From Terriglobia bacterium (GTDB lineage: Bacteria > Acidobacteriota > Polarisedimenticolia > Polarisedimenticolales > JAIQFR01): a stretch of 64,000 nucleotides of DNA. Location: positions 704,001-768,000 of the forward strand of contig CAVVHE010000008.1 in the NCBI GenBank assembly GCA_963748015.1, read 5' to 3'. The notes below the pieces were generated by a model. It did not search any database and was not told the origin of the DNA. It saw only the letters and a list, made by a program, of their open reading frames with translations. Position numbers and translations under genes: made by a program. This document shows, one piece after another, positions 1-9,796 of the stretch. Positions within the stretch are counted from its first letter, which is position 1. The number at the start of each line of letters is the position of its first letter.

Positions 1-397
1 CCTCGAAGCGCATCTCGGCCGCGAGACCGCCGAGCAGAAGGGTCGACGGGAGCGCGAGCGGCCCCGCCGGGAGGAGCTTCGCGGTGCGGAGCAGCACGCC
101 GAAGATCGCCAGCACGAGCGCGGCGTGGAGAAGGATCAGTCCCGCCGCCCCGCCGCGCGGCGCGCCAGCGCCGCGACGACCTGGTACCCCCAGCTCGTGT
201 CCACGTACGGCGTGGTCGCGCACGGTGAACGTGAACGGGTCGAGCCGCGGCCAGCCGCCGCCCGAGAGGATCCGCTCGCCCGCCTTGAGATGGAACCCGA
301 TGTCGGGGCTCGCGACCTGGCGCAAAGCCAGCACGGCGAGGAGGGCGAAGATCATCCCGATCGCGACCCATGCGAAGGCGGCGTCGCCTTGCCGCAC
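1..397 (-). CDS. N-terminal part of a polytopic membrane protein (GT-C glycosyltransferase-like); runs off the window, apparent frameshift near 210
   Basis: Manual translation: TM helix then SPDIGFHLKAGERIL..DPFTFT, then after a 1-nt shift PYVDTSWGYQVV and more TM segments; start codon uncertain. Confidence 0.5.
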   Translation of the reverse strand, partial: MRQGDAAFAWVAIGMIFALLAVLALRQVASPDIGFHLKAGERILSGGGWPRLDPFTFTVRDHAVRGHELGVPGRRGAGAPRGGAAGLILLHAALVLAIFGVLLRTAKLLPAGPLALPSTLLLGGLAAEMRFE

Positions 398-562
398 GGA
401 TTCGCCGGCGGCCGGCCGCGGTCCGCGATCTTCTCCCGGTGCGGCGTCGCTCTCTCGTGGCTCCCTCCTCGGGCGACCGGCAGCGTGGGGAGCATAGCAG
501 GGGCGCCTCCTGCTGGCGTCCGGGCTCGCGGGGGACCCGCTTCGGCGACCGGCGGAATCTGC

Positions 563-578
563 TGTGATGCAAGTCACA
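563..578. promoter_or_regulatory. CRP/FNR-family operator
   Basis: TGTGA-tgcaag-TCACA, exact CRP consensus, in an AT-rich divergent intergenic region. Confidence 0.6.
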
Positions 579-676
579 ATCTATAAAGTGGACAAAAAGG
601 GTCCATCACCGTAATTTCACGCGCGCACCGGTTTTGCCCCGACTCGGGGCGCACACCACGTCGACAGGGAGGCAAC

Positions 677-1427
677 ATGACGACGGCTTCGGGAAGAAAC
701 ATGCGAGGGATGGCGTACCTGGCACTCGGGACTGCTGGTCGTGACCGGCACGGCCGCCGTGACCGGATGCTCGAGCGACAGCACGGACAACTCGGGGAAC
801 GCAACGGAAACCACGTACCAGGGGACCATCGTCGGTCCGATGGGCGAGAGCGGGTTCATCGAGGTGACGGTTACGACCCCGGCGGCCGCGATGTCGTCCG
901 GCGGCGTCATGGTCGCCGCCGCGGCCTCGAAGCCGGCCACCGGGCGCATGAAGCTCGACGACGGCTGCCAGAACGACCTCGCGGGGACGTTGTCGGGAAC
1001 CACCCTCGTGATGACCGGAACGGGCACGTGCGGAAACTACGACCTCGCGGGGACCGTTGCCGGCAGCCAGATCGCCGGGACCTTCACCGCCGCCAGCGGG
1101 CACACGGGGACGTTCGTGTGCGAGGAGTCGGCCGGATCCAACTCCGTGACGGTCTTCTGCGGCAGGTGGGTCGAGGTGGAGAGCGGCACGCCGACGGGGA
1201 CGGAGGGACCGTGGAACATGGTCGTGAAGTCGAGCTCGATCCAAGGCGTGGCTTACGATTCCAGCGATACGGCGATCCCTCTCACGGGGACTCGGACCGG
1301 CGACGGCGTGACCATTCTCGCCGGTGGGACGCAGATCGCCACGGGGACCATCTCGGGGACGCAGATCTCCGGAGACTACGACATCGGCTCCAGCGCCGGC
1401 ACCTGGTCGGGGCAGGTCTGCCAGTAG
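677..1427 (+). CDS. Lipoprotein, Gly/Thr/Ser-rich beta protein of unknown function (1-nt indel near 730)
   Basis: RBS GGGAGG before ATG677; removing one G gives MTTASGRNMRGMAYLALGLLVVTGTAAVTG-C lipobox joined to ORF 741..1427. Confidence 0.65.
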
Positions 1428-1452
1428 CAAGTCCAAGGGCAAAGGAAACAAC

Positions 1453-1489
1453 GAGGGCGGGCGGCGCGGGCTGCCCGCCCTCATCGTTT
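1453..1489 (+). terminator. Hairpin terminator after the lipoprotein gene
   Basis: GAGGGCGGGCGGC..GCTGCCCGCCCTC stem followed by ATCGTTT. Confidence 0.5.
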
Positions 1490-1516
1490 GAGCGCCGATC
1501 GGGGTAACATTCGGGC

Positions 1517-2767
1517 ATGCCCAAGGCGGCGCTGCTCATCGTCGGCTCGGAGATGCTCGATCCCCGGCGGCCGGACGCGAACGGTCCCCTGGCGCGCGAG
1601 CGCCTCGCGGAGCTCGGGATCCCGCTGTCGCAGGTCGTTCGCGTGGAGGATCGCGAGGAGTCGATCGCCGCCGCCCTCCGCGCGGCCCTCGAGACGTCGG
1701 ACGTCGTGATCGCCTCGGGGGGGCTCGGCCCGACAGGGGACGACCTGACCCGGCAGGGCGTCGCCCGGCTCCTCGGTCGTGGGGTCGCTGCCGACGGGCC
1801 CTGGCTCCTGGAGCTGACGCGGCGGGTCGAGGCGCGCGGCCGGCCGCTCACCGAGGCGGGGCGCCGCCAGGCGCTGGTCGTCGAGGGGGCGGAGCCGATC
1901 CCGAATCCGCGGGGCCTCGCCTGCGGCTCGTTCCTCGAGATCGAGGGGAAGGTGATCGCGCTCCTCCCCGGGGTCGTCCCCGAGTTCGCGGGGATGCTCG
2001 AGGGGTTCGTCCTCCCCCGCCTCGCGGCGCGCTTCCCCGAGCGGCCGGAAGTCCGCGTCGTGCGCGCGGTGCTCGCGGGGCTGCCCGAGGTCCACGTCGA
2101 GCCGGTGCTCGAGCCGTGGTACGCGAAGCCCGGTGTCGCCGTCTCCGTCCTTCCGGTCCTCGGGGTGCTGCGGGTCACGCTCACCTTGACCGATCCCCCC
2201 GCGGGAGCGCTCGCTCCCCTGGAGGACGAGGCGCGCCGGCGGCTCACGGCCGGCTTCGCCGGACATCTCGTGAGCCTCGACGGCGTCTCCCTCGAGGAGC
2301 GGATCGGCGAGCTGCTTCTCGAGAGGGGATGGACCCTCGCCGCGGCGGAGTCGTGCAGCGGCGGGCGCGCCGCCCACAAGATCGTCACGGTGCCCGGCGC
2401 CTCCCGCTACTTCCTGGGCGGTGTCGCGGCCTACGCGAACGAGGCGAAGCGGGACCTGCTGGGCGTTCCGGCCGAGCTGCTCGAGCGACACGGCGCGGTC
2501 AGCGAGGAGGTCGCGCTCGCGATGGCGCGCGGCGCGCTCCGCCGCTTCGGCGCCTCGTGCGCGATCTCGATCACCGGGATCGCCGGGCCCGACGGGGGGA
2601 CCGCCGAGAAGCCCGTCGGCCTCGTCCACGTGGCCGCGGCGACGCCGGAGAGCGAGAGGGGGCGCCGGGTCCTCTTCCCGCTCGATCGCGCTTCGGTGAT
2701 GGAGCTCTCCGCGAACTACGCCCTGTACACGCTCTGGCAGCTCCTCTCCGGCTCGCCGCGAGGATGA
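1517..2767 (+). CDS. cinA: CinA family protein (MoCF-like domain + PncC NMN deamidase)
   Basis: SGGLGPTGDDLT, AESCSGG, GAVSEEVA, ITGIAGPDGG motifs. Confidence 0.93.
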   Translation: MPKAALLIVGSEMLDPRRPDANGPLARERLAELGIPLSQVVRVEDREESIAAALRAALETSDVVIASGGLGPTGDDLTRQGVARLLGRGVAADGPWLLELTRRVEARGRPLTEAGRRQALVVEGAEPIPNPRGLACGSFLEIEGKVIALLPGVVPEFAGMLEGFVLPRLAARFPERPEVRVVRAVLAGLPEVHVEPVLEPWYAKPGVAVSVLPVLGVLRVTLTLTDPPAGALAPLEDEARRRLTAGFAGHLVSLDGVSLEERIGELLLERGWTLAAAESCSGGRAAHKIVTVPGASRYFLGGVAAYANEAKRDLLGVPAELLERHGAVSEEVALAMARGALRRFGASCAISITGIAGPDGGTAEKPVGLVHVAAATPESERGRRVLFPLDRASVMELSANYALYTLWQLLSGSPRG

Positions 2768-2816
2768 CCCGCGTCCCGTCCCGTGCCCGCGAACCCGGCC
2801 CCCGAAGCGCCGCCTT

Positions 2817-3614
2817 TCAGCTGCTCGCGGACGTGTAGCGGCCGATGGAGTGGAGCCACACGAGGCGGGCGGCCAGGGCGAAGATCGCCGAGCCGCCGAG
2901 TGCCGAGGCGAGCGTGGGCCAGGAGAGCTTGCCGAGCATGGCCAGCGCCGGGTAGGTGGTCAGGAGCGCGAGCGGGATCACGAAGGTGAAGACGATGCTC
3001 AGGAACCCGCGGAACACCGAGGACGGCCAGCGCGCCGCGTCGAAGATCGCCCCGAAGAGGAACGTCAGGTTGTCCACCCGCACGACGTAGAACGCGGCGC
3101 TCACGGTGAGGATCCAGAGCGAGTAGAGAAGCACGGTCGAGCTGGCGAGCAGCAGCGCCGCGCCGAGGAGTCCCACGAGGGAGGGCGGCCGTCCGAGAAG
3201 GTGGAACGCGTACGCGAAGATCGCCGCCGAGGTCAGGACGTTCGTCGCCTTCCACGGCTGGAAGCGCGCTGTCGAGACCAGGAACTGCGCGTCCGCGGGC
3301 TTCAAGAGGACGAAGTCCAGAGTTCCCTTGCGGATGTGCTCGACGACGCTCGTGAGGCTCGGGTTGATCGCCCCCTCGAGAATCCCCTGGAGCAGCGTGA
3401 ACCAGCCGACGACCAGCAGTGCTTCGCCGAACGACCATCCCGCGATCTCCCTGCGGTCGCGGAAGACGACGAAGAGCGGCACGAGCGCGGTCCCCGCCCA
3501 CACGATCTCGAGCAGCCCCTCGGTGAAGAAGTCGAAGCGGTACTGGAGGAGCTGCAGCCCCGATGCGCGAAGCTGCACGAGCAAGAGCCTGCCGTAGCGC
3601 GCCGCCAGGCCCAT
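2817..3614 (-). CDS. ABC-2 type exporter permease (ABC2_membrane_6-like)
   Basis: Hydrophobic; IRKGTLDFVLLKP motif; operonic with ATPase. Confidence 0.88.
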   Translation of the reverse strand: MGLAARYGRLLLVQLRASGLQLLQYRFDFFTEGLLEIVWAGTALVPLFVVFRDRREIAGWSFGEALLVVGWFTLLQGILEGAINPSLTSVVEHIRKGTLDFVLLKPADAQFLVSTARFQPWKATNVLTSAAIFAYAFHLLGRPPSLVGLLGAALLLASSTVLLYSLWILTVSAAFYVVRVDNLTFLFGAIFDAARWPSSVFRGFLSIVFTFVIPLALLTTYPALAMLGKLSWPTLASALGGSAIFALAARLVWLHSIGRYTSASS

Positions 3615-3619
3615 CAGCC

Positions 3620-4426
3620 TCAGCCCCCGTACGCGGCGAACTTCTTCAGGCCGCCCTTCCAGAGCGCGACCGCCGCGACGCCGCAGCCGCCCACCCAGAG
3701 CCACTGCCGTGCGAGCATCGCGAGGGCCTCCCCCCGCCCGTGCGCCGAGGTCATGATCTCGACGGGAAGACCGATCTGGTACCGGAAGGGGAGCCAGTCG
3801 GCGAGCGCACGGACCCCGGGGGGAAAGAGCTCGATCGGGATCATGTACCCGCTGAAGACGAAGAACAGCGCGAGCCAGAGCTCCATCGCGTGGATGCTGC
3901 TCTCGAGGTAGAACGCGAGGCAGCCCATCGCGAACCCCGCGAGGTACCCGATCAGCCACGCTCCCACCATCGCCGCGCACCACGTCGCCCAGAGAGCCGG
4001 GTCGCGCGGGAGAGGCGAGGAGCCGACCGTCGCGAGCGCGACGACCGCGACGGGGATCGCGACCACGAGCCTCATGGGCTGCGCCGCGAGGTTCTGCGCG
4101 GCGAAGGCGAGCATCGGGTGGACGGGGCGCAGGAGGCGCAGCGCGAGCGTTCCCTGCCGGATCTCGTAGTTCATCTCCCACGAGACCCAGGACGACGTCA
4201 GCTGGCGCACGATGAACGTCGCGAGGAAGTACGCGGCGAACTCCTTCTCCCCGAAGCGCTGCACCGGCCCGTCGCGGGCGACGGCGCTCCAGAGGGCCAG
4301 CATGATGAGCGGCATCGTCGTGGAGAGGATCCAGACGAGGAACTCGGCCCGGTACGCGACCGCCTCGGCGAAGCCGACCTTGAGGAGCGTCGGCAGGGCG
4401 CGCGCGGACGCGCCGGGGCGGATCAT
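3620..4426 (-). CDS. ABC-2 type exporter permease
   Basis: YRAEF, EIRQGTLALRLLRP, FSGYMIPIELFP motifs. Confidence 0.88.
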   Translation of the reverse strand: MIRPGASARALPTLLKVGFAEAVAYRAEFLVWILSTTMPLIMLALWSAVARDGPVQRFGEKEFAAYFLATFIVRQLTSSWVSWEMNYEIRQGTLALRLLRPVHPMLAFAAQNLAAQPMRLVVAIPVAVVALATVGSSPLPRDPALWATWCAAMVGAWLIGYLAGFAMGCLAFYLESSIHAMELWLALFFVFSGYMIPIELFPPGVRALADWLPFRYQIGLPVEIMTSAHGRGEALAMLARQWLWVGGCGVAAVALWKGGLKKFAAYGG

Positions 4427-5436
4427 GGTTCCTTCGCGGACGCCGCGGCCTCGGCCTCCCTCGCCGCGCGGCTCCGGGAGAACAGCTCGCTCATCACCTC
4501 CTCGAGCGGGGCGTTCTCCACCGTGAGGTCCTTCACCGGAAGCGACGCGAGCGCCCGGGTCACGATCGCGCTCACCGCGTCCTGGTGGACCTGCAGCACC
4601 GCCTCGGCCGGGCCGAGGGAAACGACGTTGCCGAGCGAGGCGAGGTCGGCCCGCTCCACCGGCCGCTCGAGGTGGAGCGCGATGCGCTTCTCCGGCCGCA
4701 CGCGTCGCACCAGCTCGTCGAGCCTTCCGTCGTACGACAGCGTTCCCTTGTCGATGACGACGACCCGGGGACACAGGGCGGCCACGTCGTCCATGTAGTG
4801 GCTCGTCAGGAGGATCGTCGCGCCGTTCCGCTCGTTGTACCGGCGGATGAACGCGCGAATCGTCGCCTGCATCGACACGTCGAGGCCGATGGTCGGCTCG
4901 TCGAGGAAGAGCACCTTCGGGCCGTGAACGAGCGCGGCCGCCAGCTCGCACTTCATCCGCTCGCCGAGCGAGAGCTGGCGCGTGGGCTTGGTGAGCAGGC
5001 CGCCGAGCTCCAGGAGCTCGGAGAGCTCCCTGACCCTCTCCCGGAACAGCGCGCGGGGGACGTCGAAGACCGCCCGGTTCAGCTCGAGGGTCTCGGCGGG
5101 CGGCAGGTCCCACAGGAGCTGCTGCTTCTGCCCCATGACGAGCGTGATCTTCTTGAGGAATTCGGTCTCGCGGCGCCGGGGAACGTGGCCGTCCACCCTG
5201 GCCTCGCCTCCGCTCGGGTGAAGGAGCCCCGACAGGACCTTCAGCGTCGTCGTCTTCCCCGCGCCGTTGGGCCCCAGGAAGCCGACACGCTCCCCCGGGG
5301 CGACGTCGAACGTCACCCCGTCCACCGCCTTGACCGTCGTGGTGGCCCGCCGGAACAGCGAGCGCACGGCGGCTTTCATCCCCGGCTCGCGCCGGTGGAC
5401 CTCGTAGAACTTTCGCAGGTCCCGTACTTCGATCAT
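4423..5436 (-). CDS. ABC exporter ATP-binding protein
   Basis: GPNGAGKTT, LSLGE signature, LFLDEPTIGLD. Confidence 0.95.
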   Translation of the reverse strand: MIEVRDLRKFYEVHRREPGMKAAVRSLFRRATTTVKAVDGVTFDVAPGERVGFLGPNGAGKTTTLKVLSGLLHPSGGEARVDGHVPRRRETEFLKKITLVMGQKQQLLWDLPPAETLELNRAVFDVPRALFRERVRELSELLELGGLLTKPTRQLSLGERMKCELAAALVHGPKVLFLDEPTIGLDVSMQATIRAFIRRYNERNGATILLTSHYMDDVAALCPRVVVIDKGTLSYDGRLDELVRRVRPEKRIALHLERPVERADLASLGNVVSLGPAEAVLQVHQDAVSAIVTRALASLPVKDLTVENAPLEEVMSELFSRSRAAREAEAAASAKEP

Positions 5437-5479
5437 GGCCGAACGGAGAGTATAACGAGAGGGGAGGCGGCCGCCCCGC

Positions 5480-5914
5480 CTACCTCGGACCGGTCCGGCC
5501 TCGCCGCGGCTTGCGCCCGGCGGCGCCCCTGCTCTCGCCGGGAACCCACCGGTAGCGGCCGAGGTCGAGCGTCCCGTTCGGCTTGAACTCGATCCCCTCC
5601 GCCTCGAGCATGGCGCGCTGGAGCCCGGGGGGGATGTCGGGAAGCCGCTCGGTGGAGCACCCGCCGGAGGCGTTGACCACGCGCTGCCACGGGACGTCCT
5701 CCGGGCAGCCGTGCATCGCCCAACCGACGGCCCTCGGCGAGAGGCGGTTCTCGATGAGCGTGGCGATCTGGCCGTAGGTCATCACGCGGCCGCGGGGGAT
5801 CCGGCGCGCGACGGCGAAGACCGCCTGCCAGGCGTTGGACCTCCCGCCGCGGACGTCGCCGTGGACGCGCGCCGACGCGGCGAGAAGGGCTCGTGGAGGA
5901 CGCGTGCGAGGCAT
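5480..5914 (-). CDS. Alkyltransferase-like (ATL/YbaZ-type) DNA base-flipping protein
   Basis: IPRGRVMTYGQIA..PRAVGWAM..VPWQRVVN; Trp in place of the catalytic Cys of MGMT. Confidence 0.88.
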   Translation of the reverse strand: MPRTRPPRALLAASARVHGDVRGGRSNAWQAVFAVARRIPRGRVMTYGQIATLIENRLSPRAVGWAMHGCPEDVPWQRVVNASGGCSTERLPDIPPGLQRAMLEAEGIEFKPNGTLDLGRYRWVPGESRGAAGRKPRRGRTGPR

Positions 5915-5986
5915 GGTTCGCCCCCATGATACCCGCACCCCACCCCCCGCGCCCTGCGGTATCCTCGTGCCAACCAGGAGGTAGCG

Positions 5987-7792
5987 ATGACGGAGAAGGG
6001 TGGCACGGAAGCGGCGCCGCGGAGGGAGTGGGGGCGGCGCTCGGTGTTGAAGGCGATCTCGGCGGCCGGGATCGGCTCCGCGGTCTTCTCTCGCGCGCTC
6101 GAGGCGCTCGCGCAGGGGCCGAACGGTCCGAAGGTGACCCCGGAGATGCTCCAGCAGGCGGAGTGGATCTCGGGGGTCAAGCTGACGGACGAGCAGCGCA
6201 AGCTGATGCTCGAGGGGGCGGGGCAGCAGCTCGGGGACTTCGCGAAGCTCCGCGCCGTCCCCCTCGACAACGGCGTGCCGCCGGCGCTGCTGTTCGACCC
6301 CTCGCCGTTCGATCTCGCGGTGGCGCCCGGACCCCTCGACCTGCCCGAGCAGGAGGGGCCCGACGAGCCGGATTCGTGGGACGACCTCGCGTTCGCGCCG
6401 GTCACCGAGCTGGCGGCGCACCTCCGCAGCCGCCAGGTGTCGTCGGTCGAGCTGACCCGGACCTACCTCGACAGGATCTCCCGCTTCGGCAAGACGCTGT
6501 CCTGCTTCGTGAGCGTCCTCGAGGAGCCCGCGCTGAAGCAGGCCGAGAAGGCGGACCGCGAGATCGCCGCCGGACGCTACCGCGGGCCGCTGCACGGGAT
6601 CCCGTGGGGCGTCAAGGACCTCTTCTCGGTGCCCGGCACCAAGACGACGTGGGGAGCGGCGCCGTTCAAGGACCAGACCCGGCACGAGCGGGCCACGGTG
6701 GTCGCGCGCCTCGACGAGGCCGGCGCGGTGCTCGTCGGCAAGACGAGCGTCGGAGAGCTGGCCTGGGGGGACACCTGGTTCGGCGGCGTCGCCAAGAACC
6801 CGTGGAAGACCGACCAGGGCTCGAGCGGCTCCTCGGCCGGCTCCGCCTCGGCGACGGCCGCGGGGCTGGTGGGGTTCGCCATCGGCACGGAGACGTGGGG
6901 GAGCATCGTGTCGCCGTGCACGCGCTGCGGGGCCAGCGGGCTCCGGCCGACATTCGGCCGGGTCAGCCGCTACGGCGCGATGGCGCTCGCGTGGAGCATG
7001 GACAAGGTCGGCCCGATCGCTCGCTCGGTCGAGGATTGCGCGATCGCCTTCCACGCCATCCAGGGTTCGGACGGGCTCGACGCGACGGCCGTGGACCGGC
7101 CCTTCGACTGGCGGCCGAGGCGCGACCTGCGCACGCTCAGGATCGGCGTGGCCGAGTCGCTGTTCGACGAGGACTACACGAAGTGGGCGGACAAGGACGA
7201 CGAGAAGCCCGGCTTCAAGGAGTGGAAGGAGATCGATCGCGCGACCCTCGCGACGCTCGAGGAGCTGGGTCTCGAGCTCAAGCCGGTGAAGTTCCCCGAC
7301 GCCCTTCCCGTGGGCGCGCTGTCGCTCATCCTCTCCGCGGAGGCCGCGACCGCGTTCGACGAGTTGACCCGGTCCGGGCGCGACGCGCAGCTCGTCCGGC
7401 AGGTCGCCGACGCCTGGCCGACGGTGTTCCGCCTCGGCCAGACTATTCCGGCGGTGGAGTACATCCGCGCGAACCGCGTCCGGACCCTGGTCATGCGAGA
7501 GACGGCAAAGCTCATGGAGGACTTCGACGTGATCGTCGTGCCGAGCTTCGGCGGAGACGTGCTGCTCCGCACGAACCTGACGGGGCACCCCGCGGTCGTC
7601 GTCCCGAACGGCTTCCGCCGCTCGGACGGGACCCCGACGAGCATCACCTTCCTGGGCCGGTTGTGGGGAGAGTCCGAGGCGCTGCAGCTGGCGGCGGCGT
7701 TCCAGGAAGCGACGGACTTCCACCTCCTCCGCCCGCCGCGCTTCGCGCCCGGCGAGGAGCCGGGCGAGCCCGAGGGGCAAATCCGGAGCTGA
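5987..7792 (+). CDS. Amidase signature family enzyme with twin-arginine-like leader
   Basis: GPLHGIPWGVKD, GSSGSSAGSA, IGTETWGSI; N-terminal GRRSVLK. Confidence 0.9.
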   Translation: MTEKGGTEAAPRREWGRRSVLKAISAAGIGSAVFSRALEALAQGPNGPKVTPEMLQQAEWISGVKLTDEQRKLMLEGAGQQLGDFAKLRAVPLDNGVPPALLFDPSPFDLAVAPGPLDLPEQEGPDEPDSWDDLAFAPVTELAAHLRSRQVSSVELTRTYLDRISRFGKTLSCFVSVLEEPALKQAEKADREIAAGRYRGPLHGIPWGVKDLFSVPGTKTTWGAAPFKDQTRHERATVVARLDEAGAVLVGKTSVGELAWGDTWFGGVAKNPWKTDQGSSGSSAGSASATAAGLVGFAIGTETWGSIVSPCTRCGASGLRPTFGRVSRYGAMALAWSMDKVGPIARSVEDCAIAFHAIQGSDGLDATAVDRPFDWRPRRDLRTLRIGVAESLFDEDYTKWADKDDEKPGFKEWKEIDRATLATLEELGLELKPVKFPDALPVGALSLILSAEAATAFDELTRSGRDAQLVRQVADAWPTVFRLGQTIPAVEYIRANRVRTLVMRETAKLMEDFDVIVVPSFGGDVLLRTNLTGHPAVVVPNGFRRSDGTPTSITFLGRLWGESEALQLAAAFQEATDFHLLRPPRFAPGEEPGEPEGQIRS

Positions 7793-7827
7793 ACGCCAGC
7801 GCGTCGTTGTGCTGCTTGCGCGCGGGG

Positions 7828-7989
7828 GCCGGGGGTCCGCCTCCGGGGCCGCCCCCCGCGGCACGCTGCGGCGATGCGCGGCGAACTTCGCCGCGCCACC
7901 TTGCTCCGCTCTTCGCTCGGCCGTCCGAGGAAGAGACGGCCTCGCGAAGAGAGGGCCGCGGGGGGCGGCCCCGGATGCGGACCCCCGGC
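7828..7989 (+). repeat. Structured intergenic element, copy A (35-bp terminal stem enclosing two hairpins)
   Basis: 7828-7862 pairs with 7955-7989 (1 mismatch); colinear with the reverse complement of 55643-55805. Confidence 0.85.
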
Positions 7990-8032
7990 GTGGCCGTCGC
8001 GGATCGAGTGCGCTCGATTCTCTCCGGACGGG

Positions 8033-8872
8033 TCAGCCGGCGGCGACGGAGCCCTTTCCGCCCAGAAGCTGCTTCGCGGCCGCGACGAGGAGGAGCGCGG
8101 CGCCGAAGGTGGCGACGATCGTCGCGCCGGTCGGGAGGTCGAGGAGGAACGAGAGCGCGACGCCTCCCGCCGAGACCGCGGCGCCCATCGCCCAGCCGAT
8201 GGCGAGACGGACGCCGAGGCGGGTCGAGAAGAGCATGGCGGTCACCGACGGGACGATGAGGAAGCAGAACACCAGCAGCACGCCGGCGATCGCGACCGAC
8301 GACGTCACCACGAAGCCGAACGAGACGTAGAACAGGAAGTCCCAGAAGCGGATGCTGATGCCGCGCCGCTCGGCCTCGGCCTGGTCCATGGAGATCAGCA
8401 GGAATCGCTCGCGGAAGGCATAGTGGAAAGCCCCGACGATCGCGTAGAGGACCGCGGTCTTCGCCAGCTCGGGCCAGGTCACGGAGAGGATGTTCCCCAC
8501 GAGCATGTCCTTGAGGTGCTCCGTCTCCGCACTCGCCTTGGACATGACGAGGATCGCCACCGCGGCGGACACCGCGTAGACGATCCCGATGATCGCCTCC
8601 TGCGGGATGCGCGTCTTCCGGTGCACGCGGGTGACCGCGAAGATCGCCGCCCCGATGAAGGTGAAGCCGAGCGACCAGATCCATGCCTGGTCGGAGTGCA
8701 GGTCGTGGCCCGCGAGGTAGGCGACGGTGGTGCCGAGCGCCGCGATCTGGGCCAGCGACAGGTCCACGAAGATCACCCCGCGCTCCACCACGTGGACGCC
8801 GAGGTAGGCGTGGATCCCGGTCAGGATCAGGCTCGCCACGAACGCCGGCAGGAGGATCTCCAGGACGGTCAT
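8033..8872 (-). CDS. Zn/Mn-type ABC transporter permease (ABC-3)
   Basis: HAYLGVHVVERGVIFVDLSLAQIAALG, GVLLVFCFLIVP, LDLPTGA. Confidence 0.9.
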   Translation of the reverse strand: MTVLEILLPAFVASLILTGIHAYLGVHVVERGVIFVDLSLAQIAALGTTVAYLAGHDLHSDQAWIWSLGFTFIGAAIFAVTRVHRKTRIPQEAIIGIVYAVSAAVAILVMSKASAETEHLKDMLVGNILSVTWPELAKTAVLYAIVGAFHYAFRERFLLISMDQAEAERRGISIRFWDFLFYVSFGFVVTSSVAIAGVLLVFCFLIVPSVTAMLFSTRLGVRLAIGWAMGAAVSAGGVALSFLLDLPTGATIVATFGAALLLVAAAKQLLGGKGSVAAG

Positions 8873-9786
8873 GCGCCCTCCTTCATCGCCGCGACGAACG
8901 CGTCGAGGTCGCGGTCGAAGATCGAGAAGTAGTCGCCGATCTCCTTCGTGCCGCCCACCGACGGGTAGAACACCAGGACCTTGGCGCCGGTCTTGTCCGC
9001 GATGAACCGGGGGGTCTTCAGATCGAAGTACGGCTCGACGAGGATGACGCGGATCTTCTCGCGCTGGATCAGGTTGATGATGTCGAGGGTGTGCGTGGGG
9101 CTCGGCGGGATGCCCGGCTTCGGCTCGACCTGGCCCGCGACTTCCAGCTTGAAGTACTTCGCGAAATTCGGCCAGGAGTCGTGGAACGTGACGACCTTCG
9201 TCCCCGCGTACGGCGCCATCTTCGCCGCCCACTCCTTCTCCTTGGCGGTCAGCTTGCTCTCGAACGCGGCAAGGCCCGCGGCGTAGGCGGCCGAGCCCGC
9301 GGGGTCGAGCGCCGACAGCCGCGCCGCGACGGCGCGCGCGATCACGCGTCCGTTCGACGGGTCTGTCCAGTAGTGCGGATTGCCGTACGGGTGGACGTCC
9401 CCCATCGCGCGCGTCACCTGGATGGCCGGGCGCTGCAGGATGTCGCAGCCGACGGAGGCGTCGAGGTAGCCGGGCCCGCCGGGATGGATCTTGTCGTTGC
9501 GGCTCTGGTCGAGCAGCGGCGGCAGGTAGCCGATCTCGAGCTCGAGGCCGGCGACGACGAGGAGGTCCGCCCGCGAGAGCTGCAGGATGAAGGACGGCTT
9601 CGCGTCCACGAAGTGCGGGTCCTGGTACCCCCGCGCGAGGGCGAACGTCTCGACGCGGTCCCCCCCGATCGACTGCGCGATCGACGCGAGATCCTCGAGG
9701 GTGGTGACGACGCGGACCTTGGCGAACGCGGCGCCGGAAAGGACGGCGCCGAGCGCAGCGGCGAGAGCGATTCTCGAGAGATTCAT
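8869..9786 (-). CDS. Zn/Mn-type ABC substrate-binding protein (ZnuA/TroA family)
   Basis: Signal peptide; QDPH, GDVHPYGNPHYW, FHDSW, EPKPGIPPSP. Confidence 0.92.
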   Translation of the reverse strand: MNLSRIALAAALGAVLSGAAFAKVRVVTTLEDLASIAQSIGGDRVETFALARGYQDPHFVDAKPSFILQLSRADLLVVAGLELEIGYLPPLLDQSRNDKIHPGGPGYLDASVGCDILQRPAIQVTRAMGDVHPYGNPHYWTDPSNGRVIARAVAARLSALDPAGSAAYAAGLAAFESKLTAKEKEWAAKMAPYAGTKVVTFHDSWPNFAKYFKLEVAGQVEPKPGIPPSPTHTLDIINLIQREKIRVILVEPYFDLKTPRFIADKTGAKVLVFYPSVGGTKEIGDYFSIFDRDLDAFVAAMKEGA

Positions 9787-9796
9787 GGCAGCCTCC

